Shown: positions 1-10,255 of the stretch, piece by piece | How positions within the stretch are numbered: position 1 is the first letter of the stretch | Layout: every line of letters begins with the position of its first letter | Source of the DNA: Wolbachia endosymbiont strain TRS of Brugia malayi | GTDB lineage: Bacteria; Pseudomonadota; Alphaproteobacteria; Rickettsiales; Anaplasmataceae | Assembly (NCBI RefSeq): GCF_000008385.1 | Contig: NC_006833.1 | Coordinates: forward strand, 1,048,085 to 1,080,084 | Length of the DNA stretch: 32,000 bases | Direction: 5' to 3' | Notes under the pieces: generated by a model | The model's database searches: none | What the model was told of the DNA's origin: nothing | Seen by the model: the letters and a program-made list of their open reading frames with translations, nothing else | Translations under genes and position numbers: made by a program

Positions 1-1
1 G

Positions 2-349
2 CAACTTAGAATGAAAACAATGTTTTGCGAGCGCGTTAATGGCAAGTTTGAACTGCGCCGTGGATTTGAGATTAAACGAGGTGAGAAAATATTACTAGTT
101 GAAGATGTAATAACTACAGGCAAATCTTCACTTGAAGCTGTGAAATGTGCAGAAGATATGGGAGGTAAAGTCGTTGCTGAAGCTTCCCTAATAAAGAGAA
201 ATAGTGAAACAAAATTACCTTTTTCTATCATATCTTTACTTGAGCTCAGCATTAAAAATTACAGTGAAGCAGAGCTTCCTGAAGAATTGAAAAAACTGCC
301 TATAATCAAACCAGGGAGCAGAGAATATTTAAGTAATTGTTCAAAGTAA
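2..349 (+). CDS. pyrE: Orotate phosphoribosyltransferase, C-terminal part (gene begins upstream of the window)
   Basis: The frame is open from the window edge (QLRMKTMFCERVNGKFELRRGFEI...). The PRPP-binding motif ILLVEDVITTGKSSLEA is typical of PyrE. Confidence 0.9.
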   Translation, partial: QLRMKTMFCERVNGKFELRRGFEIKRGEKILLVEDVITTGKSSLEAVKCAEDMGGKVVAEASLIKRNSETKLPFSIISLLELSIKNYSEAELPEELKKLPIIKPGSREYLSNCSK

Positions 350-1025
350 TCTTATTTTCAATATCATCTAAGTAACTCATAGAAATGCAAAAATTTGCTT
401 GACAGGTTTAATAGTCTTCTTATCATAGTATTAAAGCTATTTATTTATCTTCATAATCTGTGCAGGTCAATGACAAAAAATTTAGGGTATTAGGTGTATT
501 ATATTTAATTTTTTGTACTATATGTACCTTATGTCTTTGTAAATCTGGGTTTTTATCTATATAAGCATGAAATATGCTTATATAGCGTTTAAGATAGTAG
601 AAAATGTCAAATTGATAAGGGAATACTTGAATACTAGCTATCTTAGGGTTTTTTGCCTTTTTTCCTGCTTAGATAAGTTTCTTAACATTAGGTTAGATAA
701 AAATAGCCGAATCACAGCGTTTAGAATAGAAAACGCCAATATTTGAGGTACATATGGATAACTAGCCAACCACAGGGGTTTCTTTTACCTTCTTTTCTAT
801 TTGTTAAATTTCTTAGTATTTGTAGCTGAAGCAATTTAGGAACAAACGAAAATAGTGTCACGCACTAGTATGACAAGAAGAGGGTACTGGAATGACAGGA
901 GAAGGAAGCACTGAGGTAACAAATAAAGAGATATTAGAATTACACTCTTCCCCTTTAGACGGTTAAATCACGACATTTATGTAGTCATGTGTCAGCTATT
1001 TTCATGACAGGAAGAAAGTGCTGAA

Positions 1026-2284
1026 TTACGTATCCATTCAGCGGAGTAGCAAAATAAGATAGACAAGGTAGTATAAAAGATAACGATAGAGCAAAAGTGA
1101 GGTAATATGGTAAATCTTTTAGAACTTTACAGAAGTCTGGAGCAGAAAATAGCAAAGTTAGAAACAAAAATAGAAAGATTGGAAAGAGAGAATGAAAGTC
1201 TAAAGGCAGAGAACAAGACTTTGAAGATAGAAAATGCTGAGTTAAAGGAAAAGCTCGGTTTAAATTCAAAAAATTCATTATGTGATAAACCATACATCCA
1301 CCAAGTTGATCTTCCGAAGATCGAGTCTTATGTAATGGAATATCAACTTACCGGAAGGTGTTATACCAGACACATTTAGGCCAAGGGTTAAGTTGATAAT
1401 TGCAGCATTCAGCAAGTTTTATAAAAATTCGAAATATGGAATAGCGAATATTATAATGACATTTTCAATGTGAACATAAGTGTTGGTAGCATATCAAACA
1501 GTGAACATAGAATAGCTTCAAAATGTGAAGAAATGTATTAGCAGATTAAACAAGAAGTAAGTACAAGCAAAGTTCTTTATATTGACGAAACCAGCCATTA
1601 CAATAAAGGTAAGCTTAGTTAGTGCTGGATGTTTACAAGTAATACGGCAAGTTTTGTAAAGTTGACAGAGTTAAGAGGAATGAAAGTTTAAAAAAATAGT
1701 AAATTCTGCAATTGTCATAGCTTAGTAATAACTAACAGGTATGCAGCATACGGTTATTTTACTGATAAAAAGAGACAGATTTGTTGGACTCATTTATCAA
1801 GAGATTTTGAAAGATTAGCCTATAGTTGTAACAGAGAAGTCAAAGTTCTCGCCTGTTATTTAAGAAACGTTGCTGCTGAGTTATTTGCACTAAAAGAGCC
1901 TTACTAAAGAATGAGATAGATATTTTAAGATTTGTCAGGCGTACCAGAAAATTGTGAAAGTGCACAAGGTATTACTTGAAGGAGATATCCCAGTTACCTA
2001 AAACAATTGGAGCCTCTCGAGTTGCAAAAAATATTTTGAAGTTGAAAGGACGATGTGGAAATTTTTGGATGAACCAGGAAACATTCTGCTAACGAACAAC
2101 CATACTGAACGGCAAACACTGCATTATATCGTTTATACAAAAATCCATATTTTACATAATCGGGACAAAGAAATGCATTTTTTGAATGGGTAATTTCATT
2201 ATACTTAACATGGAAACAAAAGGAGCTAAATCCTTTCCATAATCTCCTATCTATCGTCTCTCACACCGCTTAGCTGAATGGATA
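1026..2284 (+). mobile_element. Decayed IS66-family element, copy A; transposase broken by several stops and frameshifts
   Basis: The coiled-coil N-terminus (ENAELKEKLGLNSKNS, ORF 1107..1379) is typical of IS66 transposases. Fragments downstream resemble the IS66 core: DETSHY-like, QICWTHLSRDFERLAY and TNNHTERQ. The ends carry the inverted repeat tatccattcagc (1031-1042) / gctgaatggata (2273-2284). The whole stretch recurs at 27699..28957. Confidence 0.8.
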
Positions 2285-2438
2285 TAGAAAATAAATTTAT
2301 TAATAATATACGTAAATATTTAACAAACCGTGGACTCAATGAAAAACTTGAACTAGAAGACTACCTTGATAAAGGTGATATTACCAAAAGTTTGATCGGA
2401 ATAGAACTGAGGTCCACCAATGAAGAGTATATACAAGT

Positions 2439-2987
2439 TTAAGTTGATAGAGAAAGAAAAATTATTCTTGCTATACCGTAAGTACGTTCCAAGATTACAC
2501 TAAAGTTTTTACTGCACTGAAAATCTTCGTTTTTTCTAACCTCTAAAATTATCAATGCATCGTCACTTAACCATCCTGAATTAGCCAATCCGTCTAAAGT
2601 TGAGTTAACTAGATTACTATAATAAGGCGGATCTATAAAAACTATGTCACATTTTGAAACAGGTTTTGGCAATGCGTTAGCACTGCAACAAATTAGTGTA
2701 ATACTGTCTGTAATACCAAGATCTTTTGCTGTTTTTTCAGGTAATTGCAAATTGTAATAGTCTAAATCTACTATGAATGCATGTTTGGCACCGCGAGAAA
2801 GCGCTTCAAATGAAAAAGAACCACTTCCACAGAATAAATCAAGTATATTCAAGTTGTAAATAATTTTTTTCGAGGAGAGTATGTTAAATACTGCTTCTCG
2901 GACAATGCTCATAGTTGGTCGCGCAGCTAAATGCTTGCCTGTGGCTATTCTTCTTCCACGATACTTTCCTGCAATAATACGCAGCAT
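2439..2987 (-). CDS. rsmD: 16S rRNA (guanine(966)-N(2))-methyltransferase RsmD
   Basis: MLRIIAGKYRGRRIATGKHLAARPTMSIVREAVFNIL N-terminus, SAM-binding LDLFCGSGSFSFEALSRGA and catalytic DIVFIDPPY. Confidence 0.92.
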   Translation of the reverse strand: MLRIIAGKYRGRRIATGKHLAARPTMSIVREAVFNILSSKKIIYNLNILDLFCGSGSFSFEALSRGAKHAFIVDLDYYNLQLPEKTAKDLGITDSITLICCSANALPKPVSKCDIVFIDPPYYSNLVNSTLDGLANSGWLSDDALIILEVRKNEDFQCSKNFSVILERTYGIARIIFLSLST

Positions 2988-3103
2988 ACTAAATGAGCTC
3001 CAAAGTAACTAATTATTTAACAATACATAATTAATGTCAATACGACTTTAGCAGATTAATAAGAAGATACCACCAGAATTGCTTACATCAAACACAAGAT
3101 CAA

Positions 3104-3751
3104 TCAATCACTTTTTTTTGATTTATCAACTATATCGATTGCATGACCAATCTCATCCTGTAAGTCATCATGGTCATCCCTTTCATCATGGGTTAATCCT
3201 TCAATTCTGCTTTCTAACTCCAACTTAATCATAGTATTAATTTTGTCTATGTTATTGAGAAAGCTTTTACATTCTTCATCGCTATATTTCTCACCAGATG
3301 CCCTTTTTTCGATAAATAGACTTTTAAATTCTGCTAAATTAGAATTCTGATCATTATTGAGTACAACATTTCTCTCGATGAAGCTAAGATCTGACAGCAG
3401 TAAACTAACCTCTAATAGATCTTCGCTTTTAATGTCTACAAGATCATCAAGATTGTTTAAAACATCAAGCACCTTAAGCTCTTCCTGCACAATTTCTCGA
3501 TCTTCCTGATCAAATTCAGACAACAATCCTCTATCATTTATGAGTTTCTCACTAAGGGCTTTATCTAGCTTTGAAAGATTAATGTCATTTTGTTTAGTGT
3601 TATCCAGCAATAAGTCCACTCTTGCTCTGCGCGCATTCAAAACGTCATTATAGTCATTTAACTTTATGTTACCATAATCGTCTTGTTGCAGTTTATAATA
3701 ATCAAAGCCCTTGAAATTTTTTTTACTAGCTTTCATTGTTATCCTATTCAC
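3104..3751 (-). CDS. Hypothetical 215 aa highly charged, probably helical protein at the 3' end of the vir cluster
   Basis: Intact ORF whose start overlaps the virB6-4 stop by 8 bp, suggesting translational coupling. No recognised domain. Confidence 0.7.
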   Translation of the reverse strand: MNRITMKASKKNFKGFDYYKLQQDDYGNIKLNDYNDVLNARRARVDLLLDNTKQNDINLSKLDKALSEKLINDRGLLSEFDQEDREIVQEELKVLDVLNNLDDLVDIKSEDLLEVSLLLSDLSFIERNVVLNNDQNSNLAEFKSLFIEKRASGEKYSDEECKSFLNNIDKINTMIKLELESRIEGLTHDERDDHDDLQDEIGHAIDIVDKSKKSD

Positions 3752-6700
3752 TATTTCTATCTTTTGTTAGCTTATTCGATACACCTCTTTTTATTAATTC
3801 ATTCGATAGATTCCTGTCTTGTTTTAAACCTGGTGTATTAGGTTGACTGTTATCATCTTTATCTTTATACCTCTCCGGTTTCCTCTTGCGCCCTATGGTG
3901 TCATCATGAAGTTTTTCTAAGAACGCTTTCCTGTATTCTTTTATCCTATAAAGTAGATTATGGTTATAGCCATGCTTTCCTATAGAATCAAGACCATGTC
4001 TCCAAGTAAACTTCATGGCATCTTCTATTGTGTAGCCCAAATGTGATCCTACATATCTTTTGTAATAATCTAAATATCTACCAATCCTCCTGTGTGTGAT
4101 ATCTTCTTTATCAACTCCAAATGCTCTGTAAATTCTTTCTTCAAGCTTATCAACGTCATTTTCAGGTGATATTGTAAATTTTGTTGCCTCAACCGTAGTA
4201 CCTACAAGCCTACGTGGTATATCAATAGCATGTTTCAATACACCTCCCACCTTTGGTATTCTGCCTAATAAATTAGCTGTACCTCCAGCCAATTGGTTAG
4301 GGAGCCCAGTAGCAAATTTACTGAGAGTATCTAACCTTCCACCAACTGCATCTTGCCACAAATGCTTAGGCATAGAAATAGCATGCATTAAGCTAATGTC
4401 TTGTCCACCTACTTTAAATGGCAAATTAATTTGGGGTAATATACCACCTCCTTCATACATTTTAGATATATTGTAAACGCTGTATCCACCACCAGTTATA
4501 CTTGAGCCTATTTGTTGTACAAACTCGCGTAAGTAGAACATTAAAAATGAAAGTAAGAATAATATAAAGATCTCTCCTGCATTGATTAAATAACCTCTCT
4601 GTATGTCTTGTACCCTTTGGTAATCGCTATTTTCTTGATAGCCTTTGCAATCTTTGCATCTCTGACAGCATTCACTGTTGGAATCATGGATTTTCAGTAT
4701 TCTACAACCTTGATTTTCTACCACACTCTGCACTAAAGACCTTATTTCACTTTTTAAATTTGGTCGAATGATGCCCTTTCTGTGGTCGCCTATTATTTCC
4801 TCATAATTTTTGCATTTTTCTTCATATTGTTGAGATTGACAATAACGCCTTTTTATCTCACCACCTATCTTTTTATCTATACTGTCAATCAACAATAGAA
4901 TATCAGCCTTTTCTACTGCATGTAGCAAACTATTTGTTAAACGTACTAGGTCTTTTGCACTGCAACTATCATCAACTATAATGTCATTTTCTGCTATATA
5001 ATGGTCCGCTGGATTATCTTTAGTGCCAGGAATTATTGGATTGAAGAAAGGATAATCTATATAACGAAAACCTTTTATATATTCACCGCTTTCATTTTTA
5101 GGGTAATCCGGTGGGAGAGGGATATATCCAGCACCTCCAGTAAATTTTATTGTACCACCTTCTCTGCTTAATTTTTCTACACCCTCTATGCTTTTGTCTA
5201 CATTCAGTGGGGAAGCCTCTCCAATAGAGTAGGGCACAAAAATTTGCCCAGGAGTCCAACCAAAGTATTGCTTATCAATGATACAAAAACCACCAAATAC
5301 CCATTTTGGAGCACATAACCTCACTTCAAACCACTTATTGTAGCATACAGTGAAACCTAACTGTCTGTAAAAGGTATTCATTATGATTGCAGCCAGCAAT
5401 GACAGCAGGGTAAATATTATAATTGATTGCAAACAGAAACTAATACAAAATTTTATCCAACCTTCAAATAAGCTTTTTAGCGGTGAAAATAAAATAGAGA
5501 TTAGAAACAGTGGCATTATAGCTATAAGAAAAGCTATACCTACAAAGCCCGAAAGAAATATTATGTAAGCATACAAACACAACAGAAAATATAAGACGAT
5601 CCCTATGAAAATTGCTGGCACCATAAGAATGCTTGACCACATTTGGTAATGCAAAAACGCCGCAAACTTTTTCCAAACGGAGTAAGCAAAAAACTTGTTA
5701 AACATATCTTCCATAGAGCTAAACAACTTAACACGAGCTTCATCTCCTTGAGCAATGCTTGAATCACTTCCGGTGTTCATGTTGGGAGCAAAATTAGTAA
5801 TTATACTTATCAATTGTTCAAGGCCTTTAACGAATAAAATAAGAAAATGATCATAGAAAAACTTGAAGCTTCCAGGAGATATAAGCACTATTACTAGAGT
5901 GATTTTCATCATCCTGATGAGCATATCATGCTTAGTTTCTCGTATCATACCAAAAAGATAAAGAAGCGATGAGACTACTATGAATAGAACAAGCAAAGAA
6001 AGAACAAAATTGTGAAAGCTCGTGCTTTTTTCCGCTATGTTTTGAAATATAGCTTGTGCAGCTGCAGGATCTTTACTGTCAAAATGCTTTTCACAATTTT
6101 CGTTAATCAATAATGCACATTTTAAATAGTTATAAACGTAATCAAAAAATCCAAAGGTACTTGGCTTCTGCACTCCACTCAAAAATTCAAAGGAGTAGCC
6201 ACCTACATTATCTAAGTAATATCTGTCTAATATTTTTACATATATTTTCCATCCCTTTTTTAATTTCACTGTATCACAATTTTGGTCCTTTAATTTAGTG
6301 CTATTTCTTTCTAGAGTAAACAGTCCACTTCCGTCTTCTGCTGTAGAGTTGTAACCTAAATGTACAGTGGGAAATGAAGGATTACGCATTGATTGCAGAC
6401 TTTCATTAGGGTTGCCATCACCTGATTTAAATAGAAGATAAGCGCCATAACCTTTGGTAAACCAACATGGAGCCCCACGTGACACTGTACTCTTGCTATC
6501 ATCTTTATTAATGCAGTTACAACTCACAGTGCAACTTGCGTTAAGATTACTTGAAACGTTCTGTGGTGTACTAGGTTTATAATCATTACAAACCAAGTGA
6601 AAGTTAGGCAAATTATCATCACCTTGTTCGCCTTCAAATCTGGTTGCATATTTTAGCTGCTCTAAACTTTGCAAACTGTAACTACCTTGAGATTCTCTTT

Positions 6701-7037
6701 TGTTATTATTACTCCAAGATGTCCATGCACCATTAACTCGCACTATTAAATCATCTCCATTGGTTTCTAGTCCAGTATCTTTCCATTTCACCACTTGGTT
6801 ATGGTGAAAACCATAATTAATTTCGCCAGTATCAGGGTCAATAATCTCTCCATCATCTGGAAAAAACGCATTATGACCGATTGGAAAATGAGCACCAACC
6901 GTAATAGGTTCAGGACCAAAATAGTCAGCAGATATACATCTTGGAAAAGGCATATCATGCTTATCACAACCTGTTATCAGCACATAAGCTGTAAGAAGTA
7001 GTAACCTAAACCAAAATTTGCTTAAGCATAACTGCAT
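3744..7037 (-). CDS. virB6-4: VirB6-like T4SS inner-membrane protein, fourth paralog in the cluster (1097 aa), with a predicted lipoprotein signal
   Basis: Multi-TM core with FLISILFSPLKSLFEGWIKFCISFCLQSIIIFTL, aligning by eye with the neighbouring paralogs. N-terminal lipobox LITGC. Position in the virB3-virB4-virB6 array. Confidence 0.87.
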   Translation of the reverse strand: MQLCLSKFWFRLLLLTAYVLITGCDKHDMPFPRCISADYFGPEPITVGAHFPIGHNAFFPDDGEIIDPDTGEINYGFHHNQVVKWKDTGLETNGDDLIVRVNGAWTSWSNNNKRESQGSYSLQSLEQLKYATRFEGEQGDDNLPNFHLVCNDYKPSTPQNVSSNLNASCTVSCNCINKDDSKSTVSRGAPCWFTKGYGAYLLFKSGDGNPNESLQSMRNPSFPTVHLGYNSTAEDGSGLFTLERNSTKLKDQNCDTVKLKKGWKIYVKILDRYYLDNVGGYSFEFLSGVQKPSTFGFFDYVYNYLKCALLINENCEKHFDSKDPAAAQAIFQNIAEKSTSFHNFVLSLLVLFIVVSSLLYLFGMIRETKHDMLIRMMKITLVIVLISPGSFKFFYDHFLILFVKGLEQLISIITNFAPNMNTGSDSSIAQGDEARVKLFSSMEDMFNKFFAYSVWKKFAAFLHYQMWSSILMVPAIFIGIVLYFLLCLYAYIIFLSGFVGIAFLIAIMPLFLISILFSPLKSLFEGWIKFCISFCLQSIIIFTLLSLLAAIIMNTFYRQLGFTVCYNKWFEVRLCAPKWVFGGFCIIDKQYFGWTPGQIFVPYSIGEASPLNVDKSIEGVEKLSREGGTIKFTGGAGYIPLPPDYPKNESGEYIKGFRYIDYPFFNPIIPGTKDNPADHYIAENDIIVDDSCSAKDLVRLTNSLLHAVEKADILLLIDSIDKKIGGEIKRRYCQSQQYEEKCKNYEEIIGDHRKGIIRPNLKSEIRSLVQSVVENQGCRILKIHDSNSECCQRCKDCKGYQENSDYQRVQDIQRGYLINAGEIFILFLLSFLMFYLREFVQQIGSSITGGGYSVYNISKMYEGGGILPQINLPFKVGGQDISLMHAISMPKHLWQDAVGGRLDTLSKFATGLPNQLAGGTANLLGRIPKVGGVLKHAIDIPRRLVGTTVEATKFTISPENDVDKLEERIYRAFGVDKEDITHRRIGRYLDYYKRYVGSHLGYTIEDAMKFTWRHGLDSIGKHGYNHNLLYRIKEYRKAFLEKLHDDTIGRKRKPERYKDKDDNSQPNTPGLKQDRNLSNELIKRGVSNKLTKDRNSE

Positions 7038-7132
7038 ATCTAAACTTTTTCCAAATATAGAAATAAATTTCTAAAACTTTATTTAAAACATCTTTTTAAT
7101 TAGTTACTACATGATAATCATATCCTCTCCTT

Positions 7133-10100
7133 CTAATTCTTTTTCTCATCCTCCTTAGATTGGTGATCATCACTAGAAGTGCTTGTTGCTTCACCAGAAT
7201 CTTCTTGATTACTGCGTTTTTTTTTGCTCGGTGCTTTTAGTTGTTCCTCAGTTTGTTTTTGCTTTTTCTTTGCATCTTTCCCATCATCAGGTTTTTCTTT
7301 GTTTGATACGTCTGATAATTTCTCAGCTTGGCTTTCCTTGGGCGTTGGAAGCTGAGCTTTAATTTCTGCTGGATCTTTATGTATAGCTCCTCTAATCCGT
7401 TTAATATTTCCTTGAGTATCACGATCAAGGCCAACAGTTGACAATATAGATTGTGATGCACTACTGGCAACATTACTCACACCATTTATAATTCCATAAC
7501 CGGCGCCAAATATCGCTTGCGCTACAGCTTCTGATGCACCAACAAAAACTTCCATTGTGCCAGCAATAATTAGGTATATAAATGCCTGGATTAGATCTAT
7601 AGGCAATGCTGCAAAGTGTCCACCAGTTCTTTCTCCGGTGTTGAGTGCAACATCAACGCTAGTACCAGGATTGTATCCAAGAGGCAGTATTGATTTCATA
7701 ATACAAAGATCGTACGATAAGAAATTTACGCTAATTAAGCATTGGTAGCATGCAGAAAAATTCGTGAGGTTATACAAGGCTGAATACATCAATTGGTTTA
7801 AAATAGATAAAGATGAAAATAAGACTACTGGTTGCACTACAACATGAGCCAGAGTTTTTATCCAGTTGTCAAACAGAGATTTAGTCTGTTGAAATAAAAT
7901 AAATATAATAAATAAAGGTGTTAATGACAGCAAAAACGCTACTAGAATAGTAGATATTACATATTTAAATGTAGCACTAATAATACATTGTAAGAATGTA
8001 AAACTAGCATGGAGTATTATCAGGAAAGTTACGAAACCAAAAGGACCAGCGAGCATTAATGATAGAAACTTTAACCAAGTCTCCCCTGTGAATAATACTC
8101 CCGCTGTTAAGTCTAAGAATGCAAATCTTTCACTTCCCTCTCCTATGTAGCCAGAGAAACTATCAACTAGATAAGTGCTACCATCCATAAAAAGTTTAGA
8201 TAAAGTCATGCCAAAGAGTTCCCAACTTCTGTCACTAAGGGCAAAAGCTATAAATGCTATCTTCATCATCCTTATAATAAAGTCAAATTTACTTAGCTGT
8301 ATTGTTCCAAGCATATAGCCAACAACAGTAAATATAACGTATAGAGTAAGCAAAGCTCTTACTCCTTGAAGGAGACTTTTTGTATATCCTTCATACGAAA
8401 CTTTAACGCTGTCGCCAATTACTTCTTTTTTTATAAAATTAAATATTTTGTTTATATTTGATGAAATAAAATCGTTAATCTTTCTTTTTATAAATAAGGT
8501 TACAATATACTTATTGTTTTCATAATATCTGCCATTTTTGTCTGTAATATCATCTTTCTCTGCACTTCTTACATCAATACCAAAATATATCTTTTTAGAT
8601 TCTCCGTCCCGAAAATGCTCTCCACTTATTACATCTAATATAATGTATTCATCTTTTCCCTTTCTTACTCCTACTATTTGGAAATCACTGGTTCCTATAC
8701 CGCGCAAATCTTTAGGTGGCTCATCACCTAAGTACATATATAGTTTTTGGCCATTAATATACTCACATGACCTAGTTACTTCAACATGGTAACCACCCCT
8801 ATTATAGTAGTAATGACCATAATCTGCAATAGCAAGCATTACACTACTATTAGGTTTTACACCTTCCATATCTATTGCATAATCATGGTTTAATCTTAAA
8901 GAAAAATGCCTAAAATTATCGTTTAACTCTGAGCACACCAAGTTCTCATGTGCTCCTTTTCTTTTCGGAAGACATTGGGTACCTTTAGCAGTATCCTTCA
9001 TATCATAACGTTCGCTTCCAGGAATGCTTGCACCACCTGGATCGCTTATCTTTGCAACAAGAGCCTCAGCTCTGGAAATATCCTTATCCTCTTCGTCATC
9101 TTCATCTCCGCTATCTTTATTATTTTTATTAACTTGCTCAGTATCTTGCTTATTTTGTTCAGTACTTTTCAGTCTCTTTTGAATTTCTTCAAGATAAGAA
9201 TACATATCACACTTATTCCCTTTATCATATTTATTATACCTTATAGAAGAAACACAGTTCCGTTCTTTGTTTTCATGTGAACTATAATTCCATATACCCC
9301 TCTCAGTATAGCACACGTTTTGATAGTAACAATTAAGCTCATAAGAGCTGTACTTCTTTATTTCGTCAGAATCGCATTTTCCTCTTTTGCATAATTGATC
9401 TAACTCTATTTTAGTAGAGCTCTGCTTTTGTATCTTGTTGAAGTCGCAGTCTTTTCCGTCACATAATTCATTTAACCCTATTTTAGTGCGACGTAAATCG
9501 AGCAACGAACCGTGCATCCATGGGCTTTCATCTTGAATATAGCCTCTATTAAAATGCACTTTATTATCATATGGAGTGTAGCCATTTCCAACCAGCACTT
9601 CTCTTCTTTCCATATTTTCTTTGCTGAGCTGTGGAAATTTTTCTGCAATTCTTTTACCATTGTTCTCACAATAAAACGTTCCTCCATTGAGCATGTCTTT
9701 TATTGTAGCTTTATCATCTCCTTTTTCAGTTCTATAACAATTATCATCAAAACTGATGCCTTTCCCTCCTGGATTGCCATGATCAATTGTTATCTCTCTA
9801 GGAACTAGTCTGAATCTTAGCCTATCACCAAAATTTACTTTGATTCCAGTATCAACATAACGTCTCTTGCTGTAGGATTGGCTGTTTCCGAATCCTACGT
9901 TTTTACACACTTCTTGTTCGTTAAGGCCAGAATTATTAATTAATTCATCACTGTAACTTGGTATCGAACCATCAGCACAAAATACAGCAGGGACAAGTAC
10001 TTTCCTTGGATTTTTGTCTTCTTTAAGAGGACAAAAATTGATTGATCCATCGAGAGTAAATTTGATTTCCTCACCTTTACTGATTACTTGACCGGAATCA

Positions 10101-10255
10101 ACCCAATGAATTTCAGTACCTTCATCAGCTTTATGAACTGGAACATCCACATTAACACTAGTATTTCTGCTCTGCAACCCAGGTTCAACGCAATCTATGT
10201 TGCAACCAGTAATTGTGAAATATAGTATCAATAATAGCAATCTTTTGTTTATCAT
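7133..10255 (-). CDS. virB6-3: VirB6-like T4SS inner-membrane protein, third paralog (1040 aa), with a predicted lipoprotein signal
   Basis: Core motif LLSLTPLFIIFILFQQTKSLFDNWIKTLAHVVVQPVVLF. N-terminal lipobox TITGC. Lys-rich C-terminal tail. Confidence 0.87.
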   Translation of the reverse strand: MINKRLLLLILYFTITGCNIDCVEPGLQSRNTSVNVDVPVHKADEGTEIHWVDSGQVISKGEEIKFTLDGSINFCPLKEDKNPRKVLVPAVFCADGSIPSYSDELINNSGLNEQEVCKNVGFGNSQSYSKRRYVDTGIKVNFGDRLRFRLVPREITIDHGNPGGKGISFDDNCYRTEKGDDKATIKDMLNGGTFYCENNGKRIAEKFPQLSKENMERREVLVGNGYTPYDNKVHFNRGYIQDESPWMHGSLLDLRRTKIGLNELCDGKDCDFNKIQKQSSTKIELDQLCKRGKCDSDEIKKYSSYELNCYYQNVCYTERGIWNYSSHENKERNCVSSIRYNKYDKGNKCDMYSYLEEIQKRLKSTEQNKQDTEQVNKNNKDSGDEDDEEDKDISRAEALVAKISDPGGASIPGSERYDMKDTAKGTQCLPKRKGAHENLVCSELNDNFRHFSLRLNHDYAIDMEGVKPNSSVMLAIADYGHYYYNRGGYHVEVTRSCEYINGQKLYMYLGDEPPKDLRGIGTSDFQIVGVRKGKDEYIILDVISGEHFRDGESKKIYFGIDVRSAEKDDITDKNGRYYENNKYIVTLFIKRKINDFISSNINKIFNFIKKEVIGDSVKVSYEGYTKSLLQGVRALLTLYVIFTVVGYMLGTIQLSKFDFIIRMMKIAFIAFALSDRSWELFGMTLSKLFMDGSTYLVDSFSGYIGEGSERFAFLDLTAGVLFTGETWLKFLSLMLAGPFGFVTFLIILHASFTFLQCIISATFKYVISTILVAFLLSLTPLFIIFILFQQTKSLFDNWIKTLAHVVVQPVVLFSSLSILNQLMYSALYNLTNFSACYQCLISVNFLSYDLCIMKSILPLGYNPGTSVDVALNTGERTGGHFAALPIDLIQAFIYLIIAGTMEVFVGASEAVAQAIFGAGYGIINGVSNVASSASQSILSTVGLDRDTQGNIKRIRGAIHKDPAEIKAQLPTPKESQAEKLSDVSNKEKPDDGKDAKKKQKQTEEQLKAPSKKKRSNQEDSGEATSTSSDDHQSKEDEKKN

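Noticed and set aside
985-1293. 102 aa minus-strand ORF and its twin at 27691..27966
   Set aside because: Antisense to the IS66 coiled-coil N-terminus. The repeat LeuPhe composition mirrors the Glu/Lys coiled coil, and there is no independent support.
7237-9808. Several plus- and minus-strand ORFs (7237..7473, 7557..7748, 8538..8792, 8948..9280, 9478..9687, 9512..9808)
   Set aside because: They lie inside the intact virB6-3 gene in alternative frames and have no domain or initiation evidence.
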